NCBI GenBank assembly: GCA_965287045.1
Contig: OZ336878.1
Coordinates: 69,316,001 to 69,380,000 of the forward strand
Direction of reading: 5' to 3'
DNA: 64,000 nt
Origin: Carcharhinus amblyrhynchos
Taxonomy: Eukaryota
The position numbers and the translations under genes were made by a program. The notes beneath the pieces were generated by a model. That model was not told where the DNA came from and did not search any database. It worked only from the letters and a program-made list of their open reading frames with translations. Shown here piece by piece: positions 38,466 to 51,101 of this stretch (the stretch's first letter is position 1; each line of letters begins with the position of its first letter).

Positions 38466-40008
38466 CTGAAAGAAATGGCAGAGGTGATAGTGGATGCCTT
38501 AGGAATTATTTATCAAAATTCGCTGGACTCTGGGGAAGTGCCGGAAGATTGGAAAACAGCTAATGTTACGCCGCTGTTAAAAACAGTAGCAGACAAAAGG
38601 CAGGGAATTATAGGCTGGTTAGTTTAACGTCTGTAGTTGGAAAAATGCTAGAATCCGTCATCAAAGAAGAAATAGCGAGGCACCTAGAAAAAGAATGGTT
38701 TGATCAAGCAGATGCAGCACGGATTCGTTAAGGGGAAGTCGTGTTTGAAGAATTTATTGGATTTCTGTGAGGATGTGACTAGTGCGGTAGACAGAGGGGA
38801 ACCGGTGGATGTGGTGTTTTTAGATTCCCAAAAGGCATTTGATAAGGTGCCTCAAAAGGTTGCTACAGAAGGTTAGGGTGCACGGAGTTGGGGTAAGGTG
38901 TCAGCGTGGATGGAGGATTGGCAGTCTAATAGGAAGCAGAGAGTTGGTATCAATGGGTGGTGTTCTGATTGGCGATTGGCGACTAGTGGAGTGCCGCAGG
39001 GATTGGTGCTGGGGCCTCACCTGTTCACCATTTATATAGATGATCTGGAGGAGGGGGCTGAGTGTAGGGTGACGAAATTTGCTGATGACACGAAGATGAG
39101 TGGAAAGGCAAATTGCGTGGAGGCTGTGGAAAGTCTGCAGAGAGATTTGGATAGGCTGAGCGAGTGGGCGAGGACCAGGCAGATGGAGTATAATGTTAGC
39201 AAGTGTGAGGTTATCCAGTTTGGCAGGAATAATAGTAGGAGGGATTACTATTTAAAAGGCAAAATGTTGCAGCACGCTACAGTGCAGAGGGACCTGGGGG
39301 TCCTTGTGCACAAGTCGCAAAAACCCAGTCTGCAGGTGCAGCAGGTGATCAAGAAGGCGAATGGGATGCTGGCCTTTATAGCGAGGGGGATAGAATATAA
39401 AAGCAAGGGAGGTCTTGCTGCAACAGTACAGGGTACTGGTGAGGCCGTAGCTGGAGTACTGTGTGCAGTTTTGGTCGCTGCACTTGGGAAAGGATGTGTT
39501 GGCCTTGGAGGGAGTGCAGAGGAGGTCCACTAGGCTGATACCGGAAATGAGGGGGTTGGACAATGAAGAGAGACTAAATAGACTGGGTCTGTACTCGTTG
39601 GAGTTTAGAAAGATGAGGGGGGATCTTATAGAGACGTATAAGATAATGAAGGGGATGGATAGGGTAGAGATAGAGATTCTTCCCGCTTAGAAAGGAATAC
39701 AGGACTAGAGGAGACAGCCTCAAGATAAGGGGGGGTGTAGTTTAGATCAGAGTTGAGGAGAAACTTCTTCACTCAAAGAATGGTGAATCTCTGGAATTCT
39801 CTGCCCATTGAAGTGGTGGAGGCTACCTCGCTAAATATATTTAAGTCACCGGTAGACAGGTTTTTGATAGACGGGAATTAAGGGTTATGGAGAGAAAGCG
39901 GGAAAGTGGAACTGATCCACTTCAGGTCAGCCATGATCTTATTGAATGGCAGGGCAGGCTTGAAGGGCTAGATGGCCTGCTTCTGCTCCTGTTCCTTATG
40001 TTCTTATG
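38466..40008 (+). mobile_element. Young 5'-truncated CR1 LINE (RT domain, frameshifted)
   Basis: VPEDWKTANVTPL, QHGFVKGKSC, GVPQGLVLGPHLFTIYIDDL, FADDTK; highly similar to 22237-23297. Confidence 0.95.
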
Positions 40009-41394
40009 TGGTTGACTCTTAACTGCCCTATGAACAAGGGCAACTAGAGATGGGCAATAAATGCTAGTCAGCCAGCGACACCCACGGATGAATTTTTAGA
40101 AATGTAGGTTTTAGTCTTGTGGCTGATTTTTTTTTCAATAAGCAAAGTTGTGTAACTCTATATAATTCTGGTTTATTTGTCCAGAGGTAGTTTCCCCTAA
40201 ATGATTGGGAAATGATTCCTCTAAATGATTGAATGGACTTCTAAACTATAGTAAATAACACAATCCTTAAAGTCTCATTACTGTAACCTAATTTTATTTT
40301 TAAATGGAAGCTAATTTATGCTGTAGCTCAGGTATGTTCAGACTTCCAATTGTAAACCACATGTTCCTCAGCTTCACAGAAGGAAGCCATTCAGTTCGTG
40401 TCTGCACTGCCTCTCCAAATGAGCGTTATGACTTAGTGCCATTCTTCTGCTTTATCCTGTACCCTAGTACATCTCTTCCATTCAGATAATCATCTAATGC
40501 CCTCTTGAATGCCTCTGTTGAACCAGCTTCCACCACACTTCTACGTGGTGCATTACTGATCTGAACCACTTCTTAAAAATTTATTTTATTGGATGTGAGC
40601 ATCGCTGGCTAGGCCAGTATTTACTACCCATCCCAGTTGCGCTGGGATGGTGGTAAGTTGCCACCTCGAACTACTACAGTCCCTGTGGTGTGGCTATACC
40701 CACGGTGCTGTTAGGGAGGAAGTTCTGAGATTGCAGGTAGTGGTAGTGGTGTGCTGTGCTGTGTGTCTACCATCCTTGCCCTTCCTTGGTGGTAGAGTTT
40801 CAGGTTTGGAAAGTGCCCACAAGTGAGCCTTGATGAATTGCTGCAATGTATCTTACACAGTGGCGGCAGTGTGCACCATCTGTATCAGTGGTAGAGGGAG
40901 TGAATGTTTAAGTTGGCTACTGGAGTGCCTTTCAAACAGGCTATCATATCTTGAATTGTGTTAAGTTTCTTGTGTTGTTGAAGCTGCAGTCATCCATGCA
41001 AGCGGAGCATTCCATCACACTCCTGACTTGTGCCTTATCGATGATGGTGAGGCTTTGGGGTAGTAGAAATGCATTGCTTGCTGCAGAATTTCGATCTCTC
41101 TTCTAACCGCAGTTTTTATGTGGTTGATCCTAAGTTTCTGGTCAATGGTAACCCAGGCCATTGCTGAAATACTTCGGATGTGGCCCAAAAAAGATTGGAT
41201 ATCTTGATTCTTAACTAAAATAATACAAGCTGAATTTCTAAAGTGGGATTTGTTAAAAGTGGGATTTTAACAAAAGGGTTGAATAGTCTAAATGATATTG
41301 GTGTATTTGGTGTAGCCAGTGTGATTTCAAATGTATGGCATGGTCACGTGAATAACCTTAAAAAATCTGAATATGTGCAAATTTTAACTTTTAG

Positions 41395-41487
41395 GAATCC
41401 ATGACTGATTATACAGTGCCTTCTTCATCATTGTCAGATTCTGTGTCTTCTGGCAGTAGCAAAATAGAGGACTCCTTGGCCAGCAAT
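41395..41487 (+). CDS. PRRC2C: PRRC2C coding exon
   Basis: ttttag|GAATCC...AGCAAT|gtaagt; ESMTDYTVPSSSLSDSV. Confidence 0.9.
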
Positions 41488-42050
41488 GTAAGTAAGCCAA
41501 AATAGAGTACGTTGTCATTTTCTTGGACATCATGATGTGCAGTTCCACTTCACGAATATTTATGATCCGATGAATATTGTCTTGAGTAATGTGCTTTAAA
41601 CTGAAACCTGGGAGTGCCTTTTAGGTAATCTCATCACCAGGTTAAATATATCATGGTTGAATATCTCTTAAAATGGGAATGGCAGACATGTTTATACACC
41701 CTAGTACTGACTGTTGGCTCCTTTGAAATATTGACTTATTTGACTTATTACTTTTTTTTACTTATTTTAACTAAAGCAGCCTAAATGCATTTTAAGACTT
41801 CCCACTCCCTAAGCACTTTTTAGAAACTTGGTGCATATGAAGTTGTCCGGAATTTTGAGCCATTAGAAATTAATCCTGAAGCTTGCATTCTTTTATATCA
41901 CCACAGTCCTCTTGTGTAAATGGGGATAAGGATAATTCTTGTAGTAACTTGCTAAATGTAATTATTAGTTCAGGATTTTTCTGAACATTTTTGGATACTG
42001 CAGTTTTTCTAGTTCTAGTGAGAGTGTGATGTGTGTTGCCTGCATTTCAG

Positions 42051-42152
42051 GTGCCCCTGCCCCACACCCTTCCCATCCCCAGGAGGGAGACTCTACAACA
42101 GAGCTCCAGCCTGACACCAGTCTCTCCCGCCACTGTCGACTTCACCCTCAAG
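42051..42152 (+). CDS. PRRC2C: PRRC2C coding exon
   Basis: tttcag|GTGCCC...CTCAAG|gtatgt; VPLPHTLPIPRRETLQQSSSLTPVSPATVDFTLK. Confidence 0.94.
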
Positions 42153-45100
42153 GTATGTACTTGATCCCTCTAGGGGTATTTTGATGTGCAGGGAGAGAGC
42201 TGGGTGTGATGCAATTTATACATCGTTTTACCCTACATCTTACCTTCCATCACCTCTCTACCTGAATATCCCATGTCCATTAAACTTGTCATGGTCTGTA
42301 ATAGTGGCTACTCCTTAATATATTTACTTATCTGGTGTATGCTTTATGGCTGAAGAACAGAAATATAAATGGCAATCACACTTTATCCAAAATAAAAATA
42401 CTTTGTACCTGCAGTGCCACGGGTGCTCCAAGCTGCGATTTCAATTTAAACAGTTTAAATTGCTATTGCAAGTGTTGTACAGTCTTCTATGAAGTGTCTT
42501 GTAAGTTTGCTTCTGTGTTGTCAACAATTGCCTAATAAGGTGCACTGCTTGCTGAACACCACTGTCAGGCAGCTGTATTTGTTGTCTTCTATGAATTATT
42601 TTTCTCAAGAACGGCAGATGACATTACATAGCTTGGCTATCGGTACCCCAGCAGTTGGTGAGAACTAATTATCTTGATTTCAAACTGGATAATGGCTTTG
42701 GATCCTACAAATTTCCAGTATGATTAGAAGCAGGGTATGAGAATGAGGTGAAATGTAAAAGGAAGTAATATATACATAATTCAAGTTATTATTTTTCACT
42801 AATTGAACAAGAAATTAATGATGGAAAATATTGAAATGCTAAGTTCTTTCAGCACAATCTCCAAGACTTCCGAATCCACCCCAAAGCGTGCTCTCCAGAG
42901 CAGTGCATACTATTCCCAGCTGGGGCCTAAGATTTATCTTGAATTCCCTGTTTTTATACTCAGTGTGCCTGTTCAGAAAGCAAAGTATCCCTTGTTTTCT
43001 TAACTGCCTTATCAGCTTGCACGTTTACTTCAAGCATTGTGAATATGTACTCCAGATCCTTAAAAATTCTGCACTTTGGATTGTGCTGCCTCTGCCATGT
43101 TTCTCCCAAAGTGCACCATTTCATACTTACGTACCTTAAATCACATCTGCCCATTTCACCAGTCTGCTGATATCCTCACCATTTGCTATGTTCAGAATGG
43201 TAGCCCCTCTTCTCAAGTCCATAACCAGAAAAGCAATGGTCCTAATGTTGATGTAGTAGCCCTATAACACTGCAGGATTATTGGTGCTGTGGATTTCTTC
43301 GTATTTACCTTGGTGTAGAATCTGTGAAAATGTATCAGTTGGAAGAATGGAGAATTTGGAGCAGGGCTTTAGGGCTGCACAAGTGCAGAGAGGAGGGTTA
43401 ATGCCATTGCCTGATTTAAACTTAAAACTGAGAATATTCAGTTTGAAACTTTGGGGGGTTGGGAGCCAGTAAGAAAATAGGTGATGGGTATGTCTGAGTT
43501 GGTGGGGAATTGAATATAAGCAATTAGTGAGTTGAAGTTTGGGGAGGTAACAGATGCGAGACAAGCCAAGAGAACATTCATATCGTCAAGATTGAAGGTG
43601 ACAGATGAATGTTTCAGCAGTATTTGGGCTGAGGTGGAAGTGAGTATCAATACAAAAGTGTAAGTAGGTGATCTTTGACGGAAAGAATATGGCATCAGAA
43701 ACTCAGCTTTGTATCAAATGGAACACCATGATTACAAACAGTTTGACTTAATCTGATTTAGTTTTCAGATGCAGAATTTGGCTTCAGTCGTCTTGTTGAG
43801 TGAGAGGAAATTGCAGCTCATCCAAAACAGTATATCAGGCAAACAATCTAGCAACAGAGGCAGTGGAGTAGTTGAAAGAAATAATAGCAATGTAGATCTG
43901 GGTGTCATCAGCATACGTGTGGAAGCTGAACAGTGTTTTCAGACGAGCACTGCGGATGTGACAATAGGTACTTGGGAAACCCTAGAAGTACTGTTATGCA
44001 AATGATGGAGAAATGGCAGAAAATGTTCTCTGTCCTGTTGGAGGGTTAGAATGGAACCATGGAAGAATAGTCTCTGACCTGGACAAAGTGCTTATTGAAA
44101 GCCTCTCCAGTGGGTGATCACGTCAAATACTAGAAAGGGTGAGGCGAAATAACTTATTGACAGGGCGACAATGAGTATTATTTGTGACTTTGGGTTGTTT
44201 TGGTGCTGATTGGAGAGAGGTGAACAGAGTTTTTGAATTATAGGCAGGGATTAGGGAAAGACGGTTAATTATTTTGAAAAGTGACAGCACACTGATGATA
44301 GGGCAATCGTTTTCGAGAGTGAAGGGAACATTAATTGTTTTTGAAAGTGCAAGGGCTAGTAATTTTGTGGGAATCATTTTGTGTTTAGAAAGGGAAATTG
44401 GATAGTCAGTTCAGTAGGGAAAATGTTGAGTCAGGAGATGAGCCTGGGTAGGGGAGAGGACCATGCTATTGCAATGAATGTGAAATGATTTATTCTGAAC
44501 CTGTGTTCAATCTAATTTACTATTCAATAATGTTGCATATCCATTTATTCTCCTACTTTTAAAATGACTGCCTTTTGAGGACATTAGCGAAAGTTGGTGG
44601 TCCTGATTCTATCCTGTGCTTTTCTAATTTGACTGAAAAGCATTTCGCTTGCTTATTCTATGGTAGGTTGATAGTTGTGTTACCCAGCTGTAGAATCTTT
44701 CAAGGACATGTGTGCAGGCCAAACAGGATAGAGATGGCAGTGTCATATCCCTGAACGCAATTAGTAAACCAGTTGGTTTTTACAACAGTTTGGCAACTAT
44801 TATGATTGTTTCTTTTCTGACAACAACCTGCACATTGCCAGGTTTGAGTTGAGTTTCGCAATTTGTCATGCTGGGATTGGAGCGCTCAAAGTTTAGATTG
44901 TTAATCCCAATTCCATAAGCATTATGTGACCCTTGAGCACTTTGATGCTGGGTATAGCATACCGTGATTGTGGCATGACAAATGAAGGTGAGACAGCAAT
45001 GAGGGGGTAAATAAAGATGAGAGCATACAATAAAGTTAACAATATAATACATCATAAAACTTTAGCAATGATTCATGTTCTGCCACCTTGAATTTGTGTC

Positions 45101-45188
45101 TTCGCTGACTTGGTACTGTAGAGGAAACTGCAGTCCAAAGACTGAAATGTTAATCATTCCTGTACATTCCTCCTCCTTTGCTTAACAT

Positions 45189-46054
45189 CCATCTTTAAAT
45201 GAATAAGCCTTCACCCAAGTGAGAAACATGATCTTTTATATTTCCTTGCTGCATTTAATCTTTCCCAGCAGGCAGTGAAATTTATATATTCACACTGCGA
45301 ATATTTCATTTCCTTTTGATATTGTTCCTGTTTTGTACCAGGAACAGGTTTTGAAGCTTTACCTGTTTGATATTATTCATAAATTATGCAGTTAATAATT
45401 TAGTATTTGCAGTTGCACGCTTTCTTGGAATCCCCTGATAGCCAAGGAAGTAAAAGGGCTCAACATTTGGCTCTAATTTCAGTAAGGTTAAAGTCATCCA
45501 AAGTTATTTTACTAAACGATGATGCGTAGCGACTCATTCTGAAAGTACAAATGAATAATGGGTGTGGACAAAACTAGGATGCTCTGTGATGTGCTGCACT
45601 ACCTGCCAGCACTTGCTGCAGCTTGTGTATTTAATAACAGGGGGAACCTATTAGCCTTTGTGAGGAGAAAAATAATACAGCATAGCCAAATCTATGATTT
45701 TTGTGGACATTCACTGTTTAATTGCAGTTTTTGGCACACAACCCTCATTACAATTCCTTCAATCAAATTGAGAGATCCATCAGTGCCAGCAATTAGATTT
45801 AATGACTGTAAAACCGCCACCATGCCTTTGCAACATTGGTGCACGTGAAGTCATCGTGTTGACATCTTGCATGGCATGGCTTTTTTTGCTGAACTAATTC
45901 TAGGCTTCCAGCGTGCTAACCAAGAATGCCTGGAATGTTGGATAATCCTAAAAAAGGCGAAATGTCCTTGGACTGTTGTGCCCTGCTTGCAAACTTTGTA
46001 GCAACCAAGGTGTGCTTTGCATTGGCTCAGGGCAGATGGTGAGGCGGTTGGATT
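45189..46054. repeat. Intronic duplicated segment, copy A
   Basis: Collinear, same orientation and roughly 80% identical by eye to 48637-49544. Confidence 0.9.
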
Positions 46055-46803
46055 CCTTGTGTGCAAAGCCAACCCCGTCAATGCAAAACTAAGCAACTGT
46101 GGGTGTGTGTGGTATGTATGTGTGTGTTGGAATGAGTGATCTAGTTTTATAGAGATTGAATTTCATTCGGAGAATGGAAAGCTCTTGTTGCAAAGGTAGG
46201 TGACATTTTATCTGATGTAATTTTCTAGATCACGTTTTAGAAAATGCAACAAGTTTTATTTTGGACGTTTTGAGAGAAAGTTTTAGGATGTTTAAGCCTT
46301 TTACTTATCAAAATGTTTTTAAAACACTGGTGATTTAACTTGCAATGTTTAGAGCTTTGGCATGTGTAATTGATTTAATGGGATGCAAGAATCTCAACAT
46401 TTTGAAAATATCAATGAGTTTGATGTAAATTATAGCAATGCAAATTTATTTTGTCCCTCAGGGTTTGCTCAATTATCCACTGTTTCATGTTACTGTATGA
46501 TACTTAGGAAATGAAGTTGATGTGAGAGAGAAATTTTGTTCAAGCTTTTGAATGTTGTAGAAGCTATTTAGTATACGAGATATGTTATTGTTATTTTGCA
46601 AATAATACCTGTATATCATTCCCTGATTTACCTCAAGCTTAGATCATTTTTTGAAGTCTTTTTGTATTATTTTTGAATTGTGAACATTGTGACTTGGGAT
46701 GCTAAATGTTAAAGCAAGATTGTGATGTTAAATTGAAACTCCCTAAAAAAGAAGAAAGTCTAGTTTGAACAAATGGCAAAAAAAAATGCTTCTTCTTTTT
46801 AAG

Positions 46804-46990
46804 ATGGAATGTGCACGAAAGGCATGGGAGAATTCACCAACGGTAGGTGAGAAAAGCTCTCCAGTGACCTCGACAGCATCATCAATCAGCAGCGGTAATG
46901 GAGGTAGCAGTAGCACTTACAGTTCCTTCTCCAGTGCATCCATGCCTCCTATTCCAGTAGCCTCAGTCACACCCACTACATCCTTGTCAG
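46804..46990 (+). CDS. PRRC2C: PRRC2C coding exon
   Basis: ttttaag|ATGGAA...TCAG|gtaact; MECARKAWENSP (conserved ARKAWENSP motif). Confidence 0.95.
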
Positions 46991-47077
46991 GTAACTACAA
47001 AGTAGTAAATCTGTTGTGCGTTGTGTGAATGAAGATTTATCTGTGAAACGGCAAATTTAAGTACTCAACCTTAGCGT

Positions 47078-48470
47078 AGAAACATACATAGAAACTAGAA
47101 GGAGGAATAGGTCATTTGTCCTTTTGAGTCTGCTCCACAATTCATTTTGGTCATGGCTGATCATCAAATTCATATACTAATCCCGCCTTTCCTCCATATC
47201 CCCTGATCCCTTCAGCCCCAAGAGATGTATTTAATTCCTTCTTGAAAACACAATGTTTTTGCCTTACTACTTTCTGTGATGTGAATTCCACAGATTCACC
47301 ATTCTCCGGGTGAAAAAATTTCTTCTCACCTCAAATTGTGACCCATAATTCTTGACTCCCCCACCATCGGAAACGTTCTTTCTGAATCTACTCTGTATAA
47401 TCCTGTTAGAATTTTCTAAGCTTCTATGAGATTTCCCCTTGCTCATCTAAACTCCATAATAGAATATGATCCTAACTTAGTCTCTCCTCTTGATAGTTCT
47501 ACCATTCCAGGGATCAGCCTGGTAAACTTTCACTGCACTCCCTCTATAGCAAAAATATCCTTCCTCATACAAAGACACCAAAACTGCCCAAGTGTAGCCT
47601 CACCAATGCCATATACATTTGCAGTAAAACATCCCTGTTATACTCACATCCTCTCGCTGTGAAGGCCAACATACTGTTTGCGTTCTTTACTGCCTGCTGT
47701 ATCTGCATGTTTACTTTCAGTGGCTGATGCATGAGGACACAAGGTCCCGTTGAATTCCCAACTCTCTCAATTTACACCCATTCAAACAATAATTTGCCGC
47801 CTTATTTTTGCTACCAAAGTGGATAACCTCACATTTATCTACTTTATACTGCATCTGCCACACATATGCCCACTCACTCAGCCTGTCCAAATCTGCATCC
47901 TCCTCATAGTTCACTCTCCCACCCAATTTTATACCATCTGCAAATTTAGCGATAATATGTTTAGTTCCCTCATCCAAATCATTAATATATAATGTGAACA
48001 GTTAAGGTCCTAGCACAATCCCATTAGTCACTGTCTGCCAATCAGAAAAAGACTTATTTATTCCAACTGTTTGCTAATCTGCTATGAGACCTTGTCAAAA
48101 GCTTTTGAAAGTTTAAATAAACCACATCCACCAGATCTCCCTGGTCAACTCAACTTGTTACATCCTCAAAGAATTCCAGTAGACTTGTCAAGTCCTTTCA
48201 TAAATCCATGCTGACCGTATCTGATTATACCACTGCTTTTCAAATGCTGTGCAGTGAAATCCTTGATAATAGACTGGCAATTTCCCTACTACTGACATTC
48301 AGCTCACTGGTCGAGAGTAGCCTGTTTTCTCTCTATCTCTCTTTTTGAATCGCAGGCTTACATTAGCTACCTTCCAATCTCTAGAAATCATCCTGAGTTC
48401 AAAGACTTTGGAAAATGGCCACCAATTGATCAGCTATTTCAAGGGCCACTCTGGGATGAAGATTATCAGG
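47078..48470 (-). mobile_element. CR1 LINE 3' fragment
   Basis: ORF 47717..47977(-) IAKFADGIKLGG...VDKCEVIHFG; tail tagaaacatacatagaaac at 47078. Confidence 0.88.
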
Positions 48471-48636
48471 CCCAATAAATCCAGTAAATTTGCTACTGGC
48501 TTTAGGAGTTGGCAATACTATTAAACCCAGTGTAAAAGGAGGTCTGCTTTGCGCAGATGGTTCCCCAGCAGTTACATTTTCAAATCATTTACATGTCCTG
48601 AATGAAAAAGTAAAACATCAGCAACTGCAAAATGTC

Positions 48637-49544
48637 CCATATTTAAATGAATATTCCTTCACCTAAATGAGAAGCATGATCTTTTACATTTTTATAGCTG
48701 CATTTCATCTTTCCCAGCAGGTACTGAAATTTATATGTCTGCAACGTGAATGTTCCCTTTTGATACCTTTCATGTTTTGTACCAGGAACAAGTTTTGAAG
48801 CTTTATCCATTCAATATTCTTACATCATGGAGTTAATTTAGTATTTGCAGCTGTGTGCTTTTTCTGTAATCTCATGATAGCCAAGGAAGTAAAATGGCAC
48901 CTCATTTGGCTGCAATTCCTCTAGTTTCAGGAAGGATAAAGTCAACCAAAGTTATTTTACTGTATGGTGATTTATGACTCATTCTGTAAGTACAAATGGG
49001 TAATAGGTATGGACAAAACCAGGATGTCCTGTTCTGTGCTCCACCACCAACCAGCTTGCCAGCACTTGGTGCAGCTTATGTATTTAATAACAGGGAGCAC
49101 CTGTTAGCCTTTGTGAGGAGAAAAATAATAAAGCATAGCCAAATCTATGTGGATCTTCACTGTTTCATTTGCAGCTGTTGGCACACAGCCCTTATTGTAA
49201 TTCTTTGATATTAAATCTTTTAATCAAATTGAGACCCATCAGTTCCAAGCAATTAGAGTTATTGATTGCAAAACCTGCTACCATGCTTTTCCAACATTGG
49301 TGAAATTGAACAGTCATTGTGTCTGCATGGCATGGATTTTTTTTGCTGAACTAATTCTAGGCTTTGAGTGCTAACCAAGAATGCCAGGAATGTTGGATAA
49401 TTCTGAAAAAAGTGAAATGTCATTTGACTGTTGTGCCCCAATTGCAAATTTTGCCTCCCTCATCAAAGACTGAGTCTACTGCAGTAATGTACCAACCAAG
49501 ATGTGCTTTGCATGGGCTCTGACCAGATGAAGAGATGTTGGATT
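48637..49544. repeat. Intronic duplicated segment, copy B
   Basis: Shared blocks with copy A, e.g. ttagcctttgtgaggagaaaaataata and tttttttgctgaactaattctaggct. Confidence 0.9.
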
Positions 49545-49810
49545 TGGGTCTGTTTAAAATGGGGGAAAAAGTCAGAAATATTTTCACGTTAATTGTTAGT
49601 TTTTTTGGTTTGAAAATGCCTACAAGCTAGTTGTTGCAGGTAAACTTGGACGAAGCAAATTTCTGATCAGATTTACATTTTACGTATTTTCATTTATGCT
49701 CCATCTTAGCACTGGCTGGCGTAAATATAGATAATTGCTAAATGTGCATTCAAATTGATTAGATTGCGATTGTATAAGCTAAGCAATATAGTTTTTCTTG
49801 TTCTCAACAG

Positions 49811-50014
49811 GTACAGGAACATATACTACCTCCTCGTTGAGTACAAAAGCAACCACCACTTCCGACCCACCCAATATTTGTAAAGTGAAGCCTCAGCAGC
49901 TGCAGAACAGTAACATAGCCCCTGCAAGCCACTTCTCGCAGCTAGGTTGTGTAACCTCACTCATACCCCCTCAACAGCAAAGTCCACAGGTGTATGTCTC
50001 CCAGTCTGCAGCAG
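49811..50014 (+). CDS. PRRC2C: PRRC2C coding exon
   Basis: caacag|GTACAG...GCAG|gtatgc; DPPNICKVKPQQLQ. Confidence 0.94.
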
Positions 50015-50979
50015 GTATGCAGTGAAACATCTGGTCAGCAGATTTGAAGTTATCAAAGATTGCTTGGTTCCCAAGTATTTTTTAACTGCCCATGAATTTC
50101 ACTTGAGCAATTTTATAGTAGCTGCCCTAATGATGTAGTGTTTGCCAGAAGAAACAGCATATTTCAAAATAGGTACAGTGACTAACCTATTTACAGTGTT
50201 CTAACCTGTTTGGAATTGTACCCAAAAAAATCAAGGGTCCTTGTAGCTTGTTGAAAATTCATGTTCTTTGTGTTTATTTACATTCTTGTGATAGGAATAC
50301 TAATTTAAGGAACACTGACATGGTCTCCTAGCTTTGAAATGCAGTTTTTCCTTCCACTGTGCATATTTGTTGCATATGAAGTTGGGTCTGAGCAATTTAA
50401 TCTGAATGCATCAGGCCTTAGTTTATTTCAGTTAAAACAACAACTTATCTAGGAATTTTACAACAATGAAGATTAATAAAGTAGAGACCAGTATGAGCAG
50501 AGCTGAAGGAGAATTAATTGTAAAGCTAATATCAATATATGTAAAGAATGCCTAAAATTTCTTCAACTGAAAGGAAATGCTGTTTGTTTAACAGACGTAA
50601 AAGCTTTTACATAACAAAATTGTCTTTTGTTTTATCTGGTATTTAGTTTGCTTTATGAAAACTTGTTTAAACGATGCAGTTTATATTGTATTGCACTTCA
50701 TGAAAAGTGCTTTTGGGAAAGTTGAAGCTTAGTGCACCCATGTGCTAGCCATTCTCGAGTCAGCATACAGAGGTTCTTTTTAAGGTCGTCTTCAAATTTG
50801 CATCTGTGAGCAATATGCTAGTTTTCACTAAAAATTAATGTCTTGACTGTTCTAGACTTTATTTTGCTTTTAACACTAGTTCAATTTGTCTTATTTTGAA
50901 AATGCCAGCAATGATTGAATTTTTTTATGGTTGAATACAGTAAGTGTGAAGAATAAAACATTTTTGATTTCATTCATAG

Positions 50980-51101
50980 GGCCTGCGGGACAGATCCCGA
51001 CCTTTTACATGGACACCAGCCATTTGTTCAATGCACAACATCCCCGCTTGGCTCCCCCATCTCTGGCTCAACAGCAAGGCTACCAGACCGGCCCTTCACA
51101 A
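50980..51101 (+). CDS. PRRC2C: PRRC2C coding exon
   Basis: tcatag|GGCCTG...TCACAA|gtatgc; QIPTFYMDTSHLFNAQHPRLAPPSLAQQQG. Confidence 0.92.

Noticed and set aside
45558-45848. Paralogous small ORFs (LPAL.AA.VFNNR..LLAFVRRKII.HSQIY) in both duplicates, second at 48996-49208
   Set aside because: Differences are mostly non-synonymous and indels shift the frames on both sides, so no sign of coding constraint
46095-46220. GU-rich tract followed by CTGA, suggestive of a C/D scaRNA
   Set aside because: No convincing C box or terminal stem, and no recognisable snRNA antisense element
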